DNA of 64,000 nucleotides, from assembly GCA_947585665.1 (NCBI GenBank), contig CANPXE010000007.1, positions 20,438 through 84,437 on the forward strand. The letters are read 5' to 3'. A model generated the notes under the pieces. It saw only the letters and a program-made list of their open reading frames with translations, was not told the DNA's origin and made no database searches. Shown one piece after another: positions 21,580 to 33,162 of this stretch. The stretch's first letter is position 1. Every line of letters begins with the position of its first letter. The translations under genes were made by a program, and so were the position numbers. This DNA comes from an uncultured Bacilli bacterium. Lineage in GTDB: Bacteria; Bacillota_I; Bacilli_A; RF39; UBA660.

Positions 21580-22026
21580 TTATTTTGCTTTTTTTGTTTT
21601 ATTATTTTCTTTTAATAAATCTCTAATTTCTTCTAATAACACTATATCTTCTGACTTAGGTGGTGGAGTAATTTCTTTTTCTTTCTCTTTTTTTCTAACT
21701 AATTTATTAATGATTTTAATCATTATAAAGATACAAATAGCTGTAACTAGAAAATCAAATACTGCTTGTAAGAATGTACCATATTCAACTGTCAATTTTC
21801 CAATGGTATAAGTTAATCCACGGAAATCAATTCCTCCAAAAGCCGTTCCTATTAAATCTGTTAGCATTTTTGTAAATGCTGTTACAATGTTACTAAAAGC
21901 AGTACCTATAATGACACCAACAGCCAAGTCCATAACATTACCACGAGATATGAACTCTTTAAATTCTTTGAATAGACCACGAGACTCTTCTGTTAATTTC
22001 TCTTTATCAACTGTAATTTTTTTCAT
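21580..22026 (-). CDS. mscL: Large-conductance mechanosensitive channel
   Basis: FKEFISRGNVMDLAVGVIIGTAFSNIV is the MscL signature. ATG at 22026 follows GGAGG; the track start at 22038 is a TTG inside the RBS. Confidence 0.9.
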   Translation of the reverse strand: MKKITVDKEKLTEESRGLFKEFKEFISRGNVMDLAVGVIIGTAFSNIVTAFTKMLTDLIGTAFGGIDFRGLTYTIGKLTVEYGTFLQAVFDFLVTAICIFIMIKIINKLVRKKEKEKEITPPPKSEDIVLLEEIRDLLKENNKTKKAK

Positions 22027-22083
22027 ATAAACCTCCAAGCATTATTATATATTAATTCAAAATAAAAATAAACACTTATGTGT

Positions 22084-22554
22084 TTATCTTATTTTAACAT
22101 GTTCTTTTTCATATACTGTACCAAATTGATTATAGACATATTCGTCTTTATCTTTATCGTAATAACCTGTTGCTTCGACAGTATCCGCATTTTGGTACGT
22201 AAATGTATAGAAAGAATAAACAAGACCAGCACTACCAACAGGATTTTCTTGGTAATTAGCATCAATTATTTCATAACCATCAATTGGATCAACTTGAACT
22301 AGTGAATCATAATCCATTTTACCATCAACTTTAAACATCAAGATATGTTCTCCTGGTTCAAATATTCTAGTCTCTGTTTTACCATAATCGATATTGTCAT
22401 GCCCATTGTCATAATTCATATCCATACTCGTTATTTTGGTCTTTACTTCATTCTTTTCGACTCTTCTTGGATTTCTACATCCAGCACAAGAAAAAACAAG
22501 ACTACCAGCTAGTGCGAGTGATACGGCACCAGTTCGAAGATTAAAATTTTTCAT
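22084..22554 (-). CDS. Putative lipoprotein, unknown function
   Basis: N-terminus MKNFNLRTGAVSLALAGSLVFSCAGC carries a signal peptide with a lipobox-like Cys. Confidence 0.6.
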   Translation of the reverse strand: MKNFNLRTGAVSLALAGSLVFSCAGCRNPRRVEKNEVKTKITSMDMNYDNGHDNIDYGKTETRIFEPGEHILMFKVDGKMDYDSLVQVDPIDGYEIIDANYQENPVGSAGLVYSFYTFTYQNADTVEATGYYDKDKDEYVYNQFGTVYEKEHVKIR

Positions 22555-22705
22555 GCTTACCATCCCCTAAATAATGCCTGCTATTATATCATATTTTTAG
22601 TAAATAGTCAATTTTCGTATTTTTGTAATATTTTTAATTTTTATGTTTAAAAAATTAATAAATTTAAATATAATATATATAAGTGTTTTTATTTGGGAGG
22701 TTTTT

Positions 22706-23605
22706 ATGGAAGCAAAAATTTTAAATGGAAAAGTGGTTTCAAAAGAATTAGAAGAAAGTGTTCGTAATAGAGTTTCAGAATATGTTGAAAAATATGGAAA
22801 AGCTCCTATTCTTGCGACTATCATAGTTGGTGAAGATCCAGGTTCAAAAATGTATGTTAAGATGAAATCAAAAGCGTGTGATCGTGTTGGTATTGATAAT
22901 CGTGTTATTGCTTTAGATGATACTATTACTACTGAAGGTCTACTTTCTTTGATTGATGAATTAAATAATAATGAGGATATTGATGGTATTTTAATTCAAC
23001 ATCCGCTACCAAGAACAATTGATGAAAAATTATGTTTTGATGAGATTGCTCTTGAAAAAGATATTGATGGTGTCAATAGTAAGAGTTTTGGTGCTGTGAC
23101 AATGGGACAAGATGCTTTTGCATCCGCTACACCTTCAGGAATTATGGAAATATTAAAATATTATGATATAGATGTTTCTGGAAAGCATGCTGTTGTTGTT
23201 GGTAGAAGTCCTATTCTTGGTAAACCAGTTTCCATGCTATTATTAAATAGTGATGCAACTGTTACTATTTGTCATACTAAGACAAAAAATATTGCTGAAA
23301 TATTGAAAACAGCTGATATTGTTGTTGCTGCTTGTGGTAGTCCTGAATTTGTCCAAAAAGATTGGTTGAAAGAAGGCGTTGTCATTGTTGACGCTGGTTA
23401 CAACAAAGGAAACATTGGTGATGTATCAAAAGAAGCATATGAAATAGCTAGTGCTTATACACCTGTTCCTGGTGGAGTTGGACCTATGACGATTGCTGAA
23501 ACTTTGGAACATACTATTACTTCAGCTGAAAAGAAACAAAAAAGAATAGAAGAAGATAAGAAAAAGGTTAAGACAATAAGTGTTATTGTTCGCGCTAATT
23601 CATAA
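22706..23605 (+). CDS. folD: Bifunctional methylenetetrahydrofolate dehydrogenase/cyclohydrolase
   Basis: KILNGK, YVKMKSKAC, GILIQHPLP, VVVGRSPILGKP and PVPGGVGPMT motifs, plus a short Lys-rich C-terminal tail. ATG at 22706 follows GGGAGG. Confidence 0.93.
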   Translation: MEAKILNGKVVSKELEESVRNRVSEYVEKYGKAPILATIIVGEDPGSKMYVKMKSKACDRVGIDNRVIALDDTITTEGLLSLIDELNNNEDIDGILIQHPLPRTIDEKLCFDEIALEKDIDGVNSKSFGAVTMGQDAFASATPSGIMEILKYYDIDVSGKHAVVVGRSPILGKPVSMLLLNSDATVTICHTKTKNIAEILKTADIVVAACGSPEFVQKDWLKEGVVIVDAGYNKGNIGDVSKEAYEIASAYTPVPGGVGPMTIAETLEHTITSAEKKQKRIEEDKKKVKTISVIVRANS

Positions 23606-23634
23606 CATTTTATTGAAATTTCTTTCAATAATAG

Positions 23635-23663
23635 TTGACTTTAAATATAGTTAATGTTATATT
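23635..23663 (+). promoter_or_regulatory. Candidate promoter of the str operon (TTGACT-17-TATATT)
   Basis: Hexamers at 23635-23640 and 23658-23663 with a 17-nt spacer. Confidence 0.5.
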
Positions 23664-23762
23664 ATCTATGTTTGTTAAATTGAGTTTTGCTTTGGCAAGA
23701 CTTATATTTAAGATTAAATATGATACACCTGGGTATGTGTAAAGAAAGGAGACTTATTTTAT

Positions 23763-24176
23763 ATGACTACAATTAACCAATTAGTTAAAAAAGGTAGAGG
23801 AAACAAAGTTAGAAAACCTAAATCACCAGTTTTAAGAGTTGGATTGAATAGTATTCAAAAGAAGAAGACTGATCAAAATTCACCTCAAAAACGTGGAGTA
23901 TGTACTCGTGTTGGTACAATGACACCTAAAAAACCAAACTCTGCACTTCGTAAATATGCGCGTGTTCGTTTGAGTAATGGTATGGAAGTAACTTGTTATA
24001 TTCCTGGTATCGGACATAACTTACAAGAGCACAGCGTTGTAATGATTCGTGGTGGACGTGTTAAAGACCTAATCGGTGTTCGTTATCATATCATTCGTGG
24101 TACATTAGATACTGCTGGTGTTAAAGATAGAAAACAAGGTCGTAGTAAATATGGTGCTAAAAAACCTAAAAATTAA
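23763..24176 (+). CDS. rpsL: 30S ribosomal protein S12
   Basis: PTINQL..., [10 protein letters not shown] and GGRVKDL motifs. Confidence 0.97.
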   Translation: MTTINQLVKKGRGNKVRKPKSPVLRVGLNSIQKKKTDQNSPQKRGVCTRVGTMTPKKPNSALRKYARVRLSNGMEVTCYIPGIGHNLQEHSVVMIRGGRVKDLIGVRYHIIRGTLDTAGVKDRKQGRSKYGAKKPKN

Positions 24177-24210
24177 GATTGATTAAAATAGATGAAGGGA
24201 GGACAAAAAT

Positions 24211-24678
24211 ATGCGTAAAAGACGTGCGGTAAAAAGAGATGTTTTACCAGATCCAATATATAATTCAAAAGTAATTACAAAATTTATAAATACTATTATG
24301 TTAGATGGTAAAAAAGGAATCGCTCAAACAATTCTTTATAAAGCATTTGATATTGTTAAAGAGAGAACTGGGCAAGATCCAATGGAAGTTTTCAATAAAG
24401 CAATGGAAAATGTTACACCACAACTAGAAGTTAAATCTCGTCGTGTCGGGGGTTCAAATTATCAAGTACCAATCGAAGTAAATGCTACTCGTGGACAAGC
24501 ATTAGCAATTCGTTGGTTAGTTAAATTCTCAAGAGCTAGAGGTGGACGCGGTATGGCTGAAAATCTAGCAAGTGAATTAATTGATGCTTCAAATGGTACA
24601 GGAGCAGCAGTTAAAAAACGTGAAGATACACATAGAATGGCAGAAGCTAATAAGGCCTTTGCTCATTATCGTTGGTAG
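24211..24678 (+). CDS. rpsG: 30S ribosomal protein S7
   Basis: [22 protein letters not shown] and C-terminal AFAHYRW. Confidence 0.97.
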   Translation: MRKRRAVKRDVLPDPIYNSKVITKFINTIMLDGKKGIAQTILYKAFDIVKERTGQDPMEVFNKAMENVTPQLEVKSRRVGGSNYQVPIEVNATRGQALAIRWLVKFSRARGGRGMAENLASELIDASNGTGAAVKKREDTHRMAEANKAFAHYRW

Positions 24679-24692
24679 GAAGGAGATAGAGT

Positions 24693-26765
24693 ATGGCACG
24701 TGAAACATCATTATTGATGACAAGAAATATTGGTATTATGGCGCATATCGATGCAGGTAAGACTACTTGTACTGAGCGTATTCTATACCATACAAAGAAA
24801 ATCCATAAAATTGGTGAGACTCACGAAGGTGAATCACAAATGGACTGGATGGAACAAGAAAAAGAACGTGGTATAACTATCACTTCTGCAGCTACAACTG
24901 CTTACTGGAAAAAGTATCGTTTTAATATCATCGATACTCCAGGTCACGTCGACTTTACAGTTGAAGTTAGTCGTAGTTTAAGAGTACTTGATGGTGCTGT
25001 TGCATTACTAGATGCACAAGCCGGTGTTGAGCCACAAACTGAAACAGTTTGGCGTCAAGCTACTGAATTCAAAGTACCAAGATTAATATTTGCTAATAAA
25101 ATGGATAAAATGGGAGCTGACTTCCTATATACACTTGAAACAATTGATTCAAGACTTGGTGTTAATGCTAAACCAATCGAATGGCCAATTGGTGCTGAAA
25201 GTGAATTTAGAGGAGTTATTGACCTAGTAACAATGAAAGCTTACGAATATGATGGTAAGGAAGAAGAGGAAGCTAAAGAAATTGAAATTCCTGCTGACTT
25301 AAAATCTATTGCTGAAGAAAAACGCGCTGACTTAATTGAGACAGTTGCCGTTTATGATGATGAATTAATGGAAAAATATCTTGAAGGAGATGAAATTCCT
25401 GTTGATTTATTAAAGAAAGCTATTCGTAAAGGAACACTTGATGTTGATTTCTTCCCAGTTATGTGTGGTACAGCTCTAGGAAATATGGGTATTAAACCAT
25501 TACTAGATGCTATTATTGATTATTTACCAGCACCTACTGATGTAGAATCAATTAAAGGAACTGAGCCAAGAACTGATAAGGAATTAGTTAGACATCCATC
25601 AGACGATGAACCATTCAGTGCTTTAGCATTTAAAGTTATGACTGACCCATTCGTTGGACGTTTAACATTCTTCCGTGTATATTCAGGACATTTGAGTAGT
25701 GGTTCTTATGTTATGAACTCTACTAAAGAAGAAAAAGAAAGAATTGGTCGTATCCTTTTGATGCACGCTAACAACCGTACAGAAATATCTGATGTTTATA
25801 CAGGAGATATCGCTGCTGCTGTTGGATTGAAAAATACTACTACTGGTGACACTCTATGTGATGAAAAGAAACAAATTATTCTTGAATCTATGGAATTCCC
25901 AGAACCAGTTATTCAATTAGCTGTTGAACCAAAATCAAAAGCTGACCAAGATAAAATGGCTTTAGCATTACAAAAACTTGCTGAAGAAGATCCAACATTT
26001 AGAGTTCATACTGATCATGAAACTGGTCAAACAGTTATCGCTGGTATGGGTGAATTACACTTAGACGTATTAGTTGATAGAATGAGAAGAGAATTCAATG
26101 TTGAAGCTAATATTGGACAACCACAAGTTGCTTATCGTGAAACAATCAAACAAGCAGGAGATTGTGAAGGTAAGTACATTAAACAAACTGGTGGTCGTGG
26201 ACAATATGGTCACGTTTGGGTTAAATTTGAACCAAATCCAGACAAAGGATATGAATTCGTTGATGCTATCGTTGGTGGAGTTGTTCCTCGCGAATATATT
26301 CCAGTAACTGATAAAGGATTACAAGAAGCAATGGAAAGTGGTATTTTAGCTGGATATCCAATGATCGATGTTAAGGCAACATTATTTGATGGTTCTTACC
26401 ATGATGTTGACTCTAATGAAATGGCCTTTAAGATTGCTGCCTCATTAGCTTTAAAAGAAGCTAAGAAAAAATGTAATCCAGTATTACTAGAACCTATAAT
26501 GAAAGTTGATGTAACAGTTCCAGATGAATATTTTGGTAACGTTATGGGTGATTTGACAAGTAGACGCGGACGTCCACTTGGACAAGAACAAAGAGGAAAT
26601 GCTGTTCAATTATCAGCAATGGTACCTCTTGCTGAAATGTTTGGTTATGCTACTTCATTAAGAAGTAACAGCCAAGGTCGTGGTAACTTCGTTATGACAT
26701 TTGATCATTATGAAGAAGTTCCAAAAAATATTGCTGAAGAAATTATCAAAAAGAGTGGTAATTAA
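24693..26765 (+). CDS. fusA: Elongation factor G
   Basis: [21 protein letters not shown] and GELHL motifs. Confidence 0.97.
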   Translation: MARETSLLMTRNIGIMAHIDAGKTTCTERILYHTKKIHKIGETHEGESQMDWMEQEKERGITITSAATTAYWKKYRFNIIDTPGHVDFTVEVSRSLRVLDGAVALLDAQAGVEPQTETVWRQATEFKVPRLIFANKMDKMGADFLYTLETIDSRLGVNAKPIEWPIGAESEFRGVIDLVTMKAYEYDGKEEEEAKEIEIPADLKSIAEEKRADLIETVAVYDDELMEKYLEGDEIPVDLLKKAIRKGTLDVDFFPVMCGTALGNMGIKPLLDAIIDYLPAPTDVESIKGTEPRTDKELVRHPSDDEPFSALAFKVMTDPFVGRLTFFRVYSGHLSSGSYVMNSTKEEKERIGRILLMHANNRTEISDVYTGDIAAAVGLKNTTTGDTLCDEKKQIILESMEFPEPVIQLAVEPKSKADQDKMALALQKLAEEDPTFRVHTDHETGQTVIAGMGELHLDVLVDRMRREFNVEANIGQPQVAYRETIKQAGDCEGKYIKQTGGRGQYGHVWVKFEPNPDKGYEFVDAIVGGVVPREYIPVTDKGLQEAMESGILAGYPMIDVKATLFDGSYHDVDSNEMAFKIAASLALKEAKKKCNPVLLEPIMKVDVTVPDEYFGNVMGDLTSRRGRPLGQEQRGNAVQLSAMVPLAEMFGYATSLRSNSQGRGNFVMTFDHYEEVPKNIAEEIIKKSGN

Positions 26766-26815
26766 TTCAAAATGATAATAACAAGTAAGAAAACTTGTTT
26801 ATTATAGAAAAATAG

Positions 26816-26844
26816 TTGATAAAAATTCAATTATTAGATAAAAT
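26816..26844 (+). promoter_or_regulatory. Candidate internal promoter for tuf (TTGATA-17-TAAAAT)
   Basis: Hexamers at 26816-26821 and 26839-26844, preceded by an imperfect hairpin (AATAACAAGT..ACTTGTTTATT). Confidence 0.4.
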
Positions 26845-26876
26845 AAAGTAGTAATTAAAAAAAGGAGGATTTTAAA

Positions 26877-28061
26877 ATGGCAAAAGAAAAATTTGACAGA
26901 AGTAAGCCACATGTTAATATTGGTACTATCGGACACGTTGACCATGGTAAAACAACATTAACTGCTGCTATTACTAAAAGACAAGCTGAAAAATTTGGTG
27001 GAGAATTCGTAGATTATGCTAATATCGACAAGGCTCCAGAAGAAAGAGAACGTGGTATTACAATTAATACTGCACACGTAGAGTATCAAACTGCAACTCG
27101 TCACTATGCCCATGTTGACTGTCCAGGACATGCTGACTATGTTAAGAACATGATCACTGGTGCTGCTCAAATGGATGGAGCAATCCTAGTTATTGCTGCT
27201 ACTGACGGACCTATGGCACAAACTCGTGAGCACATCTTACTATCTCGCCAAGTTGGTGTACCTAAGATGGTAGTATTCATGAACAAATGTGACCAAGTTG
27301 ATGATGAAGAATTATTAGACTTAGTTGAAATGGAAATTCGTAGTCTATTAGATGAATATGGATTCGATGGAGACAACACTCCAATCATCAGAGGTTCAGC
27401 ATTAAAAGCTCTTGAAGGAGATCCAGATGCTGTTGCTGCTATCGACAAATTAATGGATGCAGTTGATGAATGGATTCCAACTCCAGAACGTGATACTGAC
27501 AAACCATTCTTAATGAGTATTGAAGACGTATTCACAATCACTGGTCGTGGAACAGTTGTTACTGGACGTGTTGAAAGAGGTAGATTAAATCTTAACGATA
27601 CAGTTGAAATCGTAGGTATTAGACCAACTCAATCAACAGTTGTAACTGGAATTGAAATGTTTAGAAAACAACTTGACTATGCTGAAGCAGGAGACAATGC
27701 TGGTGTATTACTTCGTGGTATTGCTCGTGAAGAAGTTGAACGTGGACAAGTTTTAGCTAAACCAGGATCAGTTACTCCACATAAGAAATTTACTGCACAA
27801 GTATACGTTTTATCTAAAGAAGAAGGTGGACGTCATACTCCATTCTTTGCAAACTATAGACCACAATTCTATTTCAGAACTACTGATGTAACTGGAGTTA
27901 TCGAATTACCAAGTGGTGTAGATATGGTTATGCCAGGTGATAACGTAGAAATTACTGTTGAATTAATTCACCCAATTGCTATTGAAAATGGTACTAAATT
28001 CTCTATCCGTGAAGGTGGAAGAACTGTTGGTGCTGGTAACGTAAGTAGCATTATTGAATAA
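26877..28061 (+). CDS. tuf: Elongation factor Tu
   Basis: [17 protein letters not shown] and NKCD motifs. Confidence 0.98.
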   Translation: MAKEKFDRSKPHVNIGTIGHVDHGKTTLTAAITKRQAEKFGGEFVDYANIDKAPEERERGITINTAHVEYQTATRHYAHVDCPGHADYVKNMITGAAQMDGAILVIAATDGPMAQTREHILLSRQVGVPKMVVFMNKCDQVDDEELLDLVEMEIRSLLDEYGFDGDNTPIIRGSALKALEGDPDAVAAIDKLMDAVDEWIPTPERDTDKPFLMSIEDVFTITGRGTVVTGRVERGRLNLNDTVEIVGIRPTQSTVVTGIEMFRKQLDYAEAGDNAGVLLRGIAREEVERGQVLAKPGSVTPHKKFTAQVYVLSKEEGGRHTPFFANYRPQFYFRTTDVTGVIELPSGVDMVMPGDNVEITVELIHPIAIENGTKFSIREGGRTVGAGNVSSIIE

Positions 28062-28074
28062 TTTAAAAGTTAAT

Positions 28075-28108
28075 AAAACCAATTACGAATTATTGTAATT
28101 GGTTTTTT
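28075..28108 (+). terminator. Rho-independent terminator after tuf
   Basis: AAAACCAATTAC-8 nt-GTAATTGGTTTT followed by a T-run. Confidence 0.85.
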
Positions 28109-28113
28109 GTTGC

Positions 28114-28139
28114 CAAAAAATAAACACATTGCTGTGTTT
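28114..28139 (-). terminator. Rho-independent terminator of the FemAB-family gene
   Basis: AAACACA-TTGC-TGTGTTT hairpin with a T-run on the minus strand (AAAAAA at 28115-28120). Confidence 0.6.
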
Positions 28140-28144
28140 GTTTT

Positions 28145-29386
28145 TTATTTTTTAGTTGTAACTCCTTTATAAAGAGAGTACATAGGATTATTAATGATTA
28201 GATTGAATTCACCAATATATTCATTAGCGACAGTATTATAACTCAATTTCATTTCATTTAATCCTTTAAATCTATTTTCTTCTTTTTTAAATTTACCTGC
28301 GATAGCACCCATATTGAAAACTTCAATATTACTATTAGCGTATTTTTCAATTATTTTCCATTTCGTTAAATAGTTAGCCGCAAGATTTTTATAACGACGA
28401 TCATAACCTTCAACTATTAAAAAGATTTTATTTTTAATTTTTAATGTTATAGTTGCACCAACAATTAAACCTTCAGGATAATTCTTTAATAATTCAGTTG
28501 CTTCAACCATATATTTTTTATAAGCACTAAGTAGTTTATCAGAATCCATTTTTTTGTTTAAGACACTACTCATATTTTTACCTTTGTAACCATTTGATTG
28601 AATTATATTAGTTAAATAATCATTCATTTCTAGTTCTTTTTCATATAGATATTTACTATTTTCAACATAAGTTTTAGTATCTAAGTGTGCATAATATATC
28701 TCTAAGTTTTGTCCAAATAAATTATGCATTTGTTCATAGTATTTTAGTGATACTTTATCTTTATCTTTTATTAGATGATATATTTGTTGAAAATTATATT
28801 TATTGTCCTTATAAACACTCAATCCATATTTAGTTGCTTTACGAAGTTTATTTCGTGTCTGTTTACTCAAGTTTTTGAATAGAGTTGCAGTATTTTCACG
28901 TAAATTTAATTCGGCTTCAAAACGCGGTTTAACTGATTCAAAATAAGCATTGAACCCACAATGCGTAAATCCACAACTTTTTAGGCATTGCATAGTTTGA
29001 TTAATTCTATTGTTTTGCGCAATTATGTTTCCTTTACGATCACGCTTTGAACAGATTATTAATGGATCCATTTTTAATGTTAAAAAGTGTTCTTTATTTA
29101 GAAAAGATTTTAATTCTTTCATTGCTGACTGAACTAAAGGATAATTGTTATAGTCTAGAATGATACCGCGAGGTAAATAAGCATATTTAAATCCCATAAA
29201 TATTGGTTTATGCAACAAAAGAGTTGCTCCTACTAATTGATTATTTTCTTCAAAACCAAGGTATTCATCTTTTAGACCAAAACGACTCAATAGAGCTCCA
29301 TAAGCTGATGTTTGAAAATAGCTACAATAGTTGATACTAGCAATATATTTATCAAAAGCATCAGGTCTTAATTTAACTATTCTCAT
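28145..29386 (-). CDS. FemA/FemB/FemX/MurM-family peptidoglycan aminoacyltransferase
   Basis: 413 aa with a two-GNAT-like-lobes layout and a central coiled-coil insert (YVENSKYLYEKELEMNDYL). N-terminal FQTSAYGALL and C-terminal NMGAIAG...GLNEMKL resemble FemABX proteins. Confidence 0.75.
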   Translation of the reverse strand: MRIVKLRPDAFDKYIASINYCSYFQTSAYGALLSRFGLKDEYLGFEENNQLVGATLLLHKPIFMGFKYAYLPRGIILDYNNYPLVQSAMKELKSFLNKEHFLTLKMDPLIICSKRDRKGNIIAQNNRINQTMQCLKSCGFTHCGFNAYFESVKPRFEAELNLRENTATLFKNLSKQTRNKLRKATKYGLSVYKDNKYNFQQIYHLIKDKDKVSLKYYEQMHNLFGQNLEIYYAHLDTKTYVENSKYLYEKELEMNDYLTNIIQSNGYKGKNMSSVLNKKMDSDKLLSAYKKYMVEATELLKNYPEGLIVGATITLKIKNKIFLIVEGYDRRYKNLAANYLTKWKIIEKYANSNIEVFNMGAIAGKFKKEENRFKGLNEMKLSYNTVANEYIGEFNLIINNPMYSLYKGVTTKK

Positions 29387-29494
29387 ACATCCACCTCCAT
29401 TTATTCGTTATAATTATAACATACAATTTTCTTATTTTAAACAAATACCGCATAAATATTTATTTATTCGGAAGAATATATTGTAGGTGATAAA

Positions 29495-30679
29495 ATGAAA
29501 ATAGTCAATATAAAAGGACGAGAAGTTTTAGATTCAAGGGGATATCCAACTGTCGAAGTGGAAATGCAGTTAGAAAATGATAAAGTTTATCGTTCTATGG
29601 TGCCTAGCGGTGCTTCAACAGGAAAAAGAGAAGGTCTAGAATTAAGAGATTGTGATATTGATAGATATAATGGTAAAGGCGTTTTAAAAGCTGTTAATAA
29701 TGTTAATACAGTTATTAGAGAAGCTTTATTAAATAAAGATGTTACAGATGTTGATGAGATACTATTAAAGTTAGATGAAACAGAAAATAAGAGTGTCTTG
29801 GGCGTGAATGCTATATTACCAGTATCTATTTGTGCTTTTAAACATAAGATGGAAATAGAACCTAAAAGAAATAAAAAAGAGCCAAAGATTATGTGTAATA
29901 TCATTAATGGTGGAGCTCATTCTGATAATGATATCGATATTCAAGAATTTATGATTATACCAAATGGTAAAAATATTATAGAAAGTGTTAGAATGGCTAG
30001 TGAAGTTTTTCATAATTTAAAAACTATTTTAAAAGAAAATAATTATTCTACCGCGGTTGGTGATGAAGGTGGTTTTAGTCCTGAACTAAAAACGACAGAA
30101 GAAGTATTAGAGTACTTAGAGAAAGCGGTTACTAAAAGTAATTATGAATTTGGAAAAGATATTTTGGTTGGATTAGATGTGGCGGCATCACAATTATTTA
30201 AAGATGAATCATATACATTGGACAATAATAACTATACGAGTAGTGAACTAATTGATAGATACTCTACATTAATAAAAAAGTATCCTATTGTTTCTTTAGA
30301 AGATCCTTTTGATGAAAATGACTTTTTAAATCATTCTAAACTTACTAAAAAGATCGGAAAATATGTCATGATTGTTGGCGATGACCTTTTTACGACAAAT
30401 TCTAAATATTTGGAAAAAGGAATAGAAGAAAAAAGTTGTAATGCGATTCTTATTAAACCTAATCAAATTGGAACGATAAAGGAAGTAATAGAAACGGTTA
30501 CCTTAGCCAAAGAGAATAATTATAAAGTTGTCTTTTCTCATCGTAGTGGTGATACCGAAGATTATTTTATTGCCGATCTTGCAGTTTATCTTGGTGCTGA
30601 TTATGTTAAATTTGGATCAATGTCTAGAAGTGAACGTACTTCTAAATACAATGAATTAATGCGAATCTTTGAGGAATGA
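29495..30679 (+). CDS. eno: Enolase (compact, 394 aa)
   Basis: EVLDSRGYPTVEVE, SGASTG, GDEGGF, LDVAAS, SLEDP, GDDLFTTN, LIKPNQIGT, SHRSGDTED and KFGSMSRSERTSKYNELMRI. All catalytic and metal residues appear present. Confidence 0.93.
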   Translation: MKIVNIKGREVLDSRGYPTVEVEMQLENDKVYRSMVPSGASTGKREGLELRDCDIDRYNGKGVLKAVNNVNTVIREALLNKDVTDVDEILLKLDETENKSVLGVNAILPVSICAFKHKMEIEPKRNKKEPKIMCNIINGGAHSDNDIDIQEFMIIPNGKNIIESVRMASEVFHNLKTILKENNYSTAVGDEGGFSPELKTTEEVLEYLEKAVTKSNYEFGKDILVGLDVAASQLFKDESYTLDNNNYTSSELIDRYSTLIKKYPIVSLEDPFDENDFLNHSKLTKKIGKYVMIVGDDLFTTNSKYLEKGIEEKSCNAILIKPNQIGTIKEVIETVTLAKENNYKVVFSHRSGDTEDYFIADLAVYLGADYVKFGSMSRSERTSKYNELMRIFEE

Positions 30680-30740
30680 GTTAACTTTTATTGATTTTTT
30701 GTAATAAATATGCTAAATTAAATAGGCAAGGAGGGATATC

Positions 30741-30956
30741 ATGGAAACATTTATGATTATAATTTCTATTCTATTGATAGCCATAGTATTATTACAAAGT
30801 AACAAAGCTGAGAGTGCATCACAAATTATAACTGGTGGAAACTCTGATTTATTTAGCAATCGTAAAGAAAGAGGACTAGAATTATTTATTAGTAGATTAA
30901 CACTTTTGTTAGGTTTAACATTCTTTGTTGTCAGTCTCGTAATGGAATTTATGTAG
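30741..30956 (+). CDS. secG: Preprotein translocase subunit SecG
   Basis: 71 aa with two TM helices and LLQSNKAES...GG motif. It lies upstream of rnr-smpB as in Bacillus. Confidence 0.8.
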   Translation: METFMIIISILLIAIVLLQSNKAESASQIITGGNSDLFSNRKERGLELFISRLTLLLGLTFFVVSLVMEFM

Positions 30957-31014
30957 TAATATAGAACTATCATTAGTTCTTTTTTTATTGTATAATGAAA
31001 ATAGAGGTGTTGAT

Positions 31015-33162
31015 ATGAAAGAGAGAATACTTGAAATATTAAATAATTCCAATAAGGCTTTAACAGTCGAAGATATCGATAATCGTCTAGAATTAAAAGA
31101 TGTTGATGAGACAAAAGAACTCTTTAAAGTATTAAAAGAATTAGAAGAAGATGGTGAAATATACCATTCTAATAAAGATAAATATATGCCTTTTAATAAT
31201 GGACCTTTGAAAAAAGGTGTTATTAGAATGAATCGTAAAGGATATGGTTTCGTTGAAGTAGAGGGTTCAGAAGATATCTTTATTTCAAGTGATAATATCA
31301 ATAACGCTATTCATAATGATGTAGTAGTCGTTGAAGTTTTAAAAAGAAAAGATGATGGTCGTCTAGAAGGACGTATTGTCAGAACTATTAAAAGAGATTT
31401 ATCAACAGTTGTTGGTGAAATTTTATATAAAGGAAAAACTTGTACTGTCATACCTGATGATAAGAAGTTAAATGTTGAATTGACTATAAATACTGATAAA
31501 GAAAATCTTGGCTTAGTTGATGGGCATAAAGTAATAGTTAAAATTGATAAGATGTTATCTAAAGGGAAATATTTATGTACTCTTGAAAAGATTATAGGAC
31601 ATAAAAATGATCCTGGAGTTGATATTTTGTCAATTGTTTACAACTATGAAATAAAGGATACTTTTGATGATGAAACAATCGCTGAACTTGATAATATTCC
31701 TGAGAGTGTTTCCGAGAAAGAAAAAGTGGGAAGACGCGATTTGACTAATGAAATGATTTTTACGATTGATGGTGATGATACTAAAGATATAGATGACGCT
31801 ATTTCTTTGGAAAAATTAGATAATGGTCACTATAAGTTAGGTGTTCATATTGCTGATGTCAGTTATTACGTTAAAGAAGGAAGTGCTCTTGATAATGAAG
31901 CAATGATGCGTGGAACCAGTGTTTATTTAGTTGATAGAGTCATTCCAATGCTTCCTCATAAATTATCAAATGGTATTTGTTCTCTAAATCCAGGTGTTGA
32001 ACGTTTAGCAATTTCTTGTGTCATGGAAATTGATGAACAAGGTAAACAAGTTGATTATGAGATATTTGAAAGTGTTATAAAATCACGTATTCAAATGACT
32101 TATAAGAAAGTTAATCAAGTTATCGAAGAAGATATTATTCCTGAAGGTTATGAAGAGTTTGCGCAAAAACTAAAAGAGATGGATGAACTTTCACAAATTG
32201 TTCGTAAAGCCAAAGTAGCTCGTGGTTACATCGATTTTGATGTCGATGAAGCAAAAATATTAGTAGATGAAAAGTGTCATCCAACCGATGTTGTTTTACG
32301 TGATCGTGGTCGCGGTGAAAATATGATTGAAGATTTTATGATTTGTGCAAATGAATGTGTTGCTAGTCATATATTTTATATGAATCTACCATTTATTTAT
32401 CGTGTTCATGAATATCCAAAAGAAGAAAAAATTCGTGAATTCTTATCTTATCTTCAAACACTTGGAATAACAGTAAGAGGAAACATTAAAGATGTGAGTC
32501 CCAAAGCTATGCAAAATCTACTATACAGTTTGAAGAAAGAAAAAATGTATAAGATTCTTGCTAGTCAACTTTTAAGAAATATGCAAAAAGCTATTTATCT
32601 TCCACAAAATTTAGGACATTATGGATTAGCTAGTAAATGTTATACGCATTTTACTTCACCAATTAGAAGATACCCTGATACGACAGTTCATCGTTTGTTA
32701 AGAACATATTTATTCAATAAGGATATGTCACCACAAACCCTTTCTAAATGGGAAGAAAAATTAGTTTTTATTGCTGATAACTCATCACAAAAAGAACGTG
32801 ATTCCGTTGATTGTGAACGTGATGTTGAATCAATGAAAATGGCTGAATACATGGAAGATCACATTGGTGAAACCTTTGAAGGTATGATTTCTGGTATAAC
32901 TAATTTTGGCATATTTGTTCAGTTAGATAATTTGATTGAAGGATTAGTTCACATCAATGATATGGATGACTTTTATCATTATGATGAGGTTGCTCAAACA
33001 TTGACTGGGGAACGTACAAAGAAAAAATATAGTTTAGGAGACCGCGTTCTAGTTAAGACAGTGCGTGCTTCCAAAGAAGAAAAAGCAGTAGACTTTGAAA
33101 TTATAAAAAAGATAGGTGAGAATGATGCAAACTATCAAGAAGAGGAAGAAAAGAAAAAATAG
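31015..33162 (+). CDS. rnr: Ribonuclease R
   Basis: RNB domain (FTIDGDDTKDIDDAISL, RGTSVYLVDRVIPMLP, HFTSPIRRYPD), C-terminal S1 domain (GMISGITNFGIFVQL) and a basic/acidic tail. ATG at 31015 follows AGAGGTG. Confidence 0.95.
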   Translation: MKERILEILNNSNKALTVEDIDNRLELKDVDETKELFKVLKELEEDGEIYHSNKDKYMPFNNGPLKKGVIRMNRKGYGFVEVEGSEDIFISSDNINNAIHNDVVVVEVLKRKDDGRLEGRIVRTIKRDLSTVVGEILYKGKTCTVIPDDKKLNVELTINTDKENLGLVDGHKVIVKIDKMLSKGKYLCTLEKIIGHKNDPGVDILSIVYNYEIKDTFDDETIAELDNIPESVSEKEKVGRRDLTNEMIFTIDGDDTKDIDDAISLEKLDNGHYKLGVHIADVSYYVKEGSALDNEAMMRGTSVYLVDRVIPMLPHKLSNGICSLNPGVERLAISCVMEIDEQGKQVDYEIFESVIKSRIQMTYKKVNQVIEEDIIPEGYEEFAQKLKEMDELSQIVRKAKVARGYIDFDVDEAKILVDEKCHPTDVVLRDRGRGENMIEDFMICANECVASHIFYMNLPFIYRVHEYPKEEKIREFLSYLQTLGITVRGNIKDVSPKAMQNLLYSLKKEKMYKILASQLLRNMQKAIYLPQNLGHYGLASKCYTHFTSPIRRYPDTTVHRLLRTYLFNKDMSPQTLSKWEEKLVFIADNSSQKERDSVDCERDVESMKMAEYMEDHIGETFEGMISGITNFGIFVQLDNLIEGLVHINDMDDFYHYDEVAQTLTGERTKKKYSLGDRVLVKTVRASKEEKAVDFEIIKKIGENDANYQEEEEKKK

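Noticed and set aside
22564-22705. Possible riboswitch or T-box in the long AT-rich gaps upstream of folD, the synthase (49572-49675) and the 41810 gene
   Set aside because: I could find no conserved riboswitch core sequences or specifier/T-box motifs. The gaps look like plain AT-rich promoter regions.
29495-30679. Enolase (394 aa) and pgi (403 aa) as possible truncated pseudogenes, because both are about 10% shorter than the Bacillus orthologues
   Set aside because: The frames are intact and all catalytic and metal-binding motifs I can check are present. The shortening comes from small loop deletions and a trimmed C-terminus, consistent with general protein compaction rather than decay.
30713-31301. 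Minus-strand ORFs 30713-31114 and 30915-31301 overlapping secG and the rnr 5' end
   Set aside because: They lie opposite convincing secG and rnr genes, have no RBS, and give low-complexity translations.
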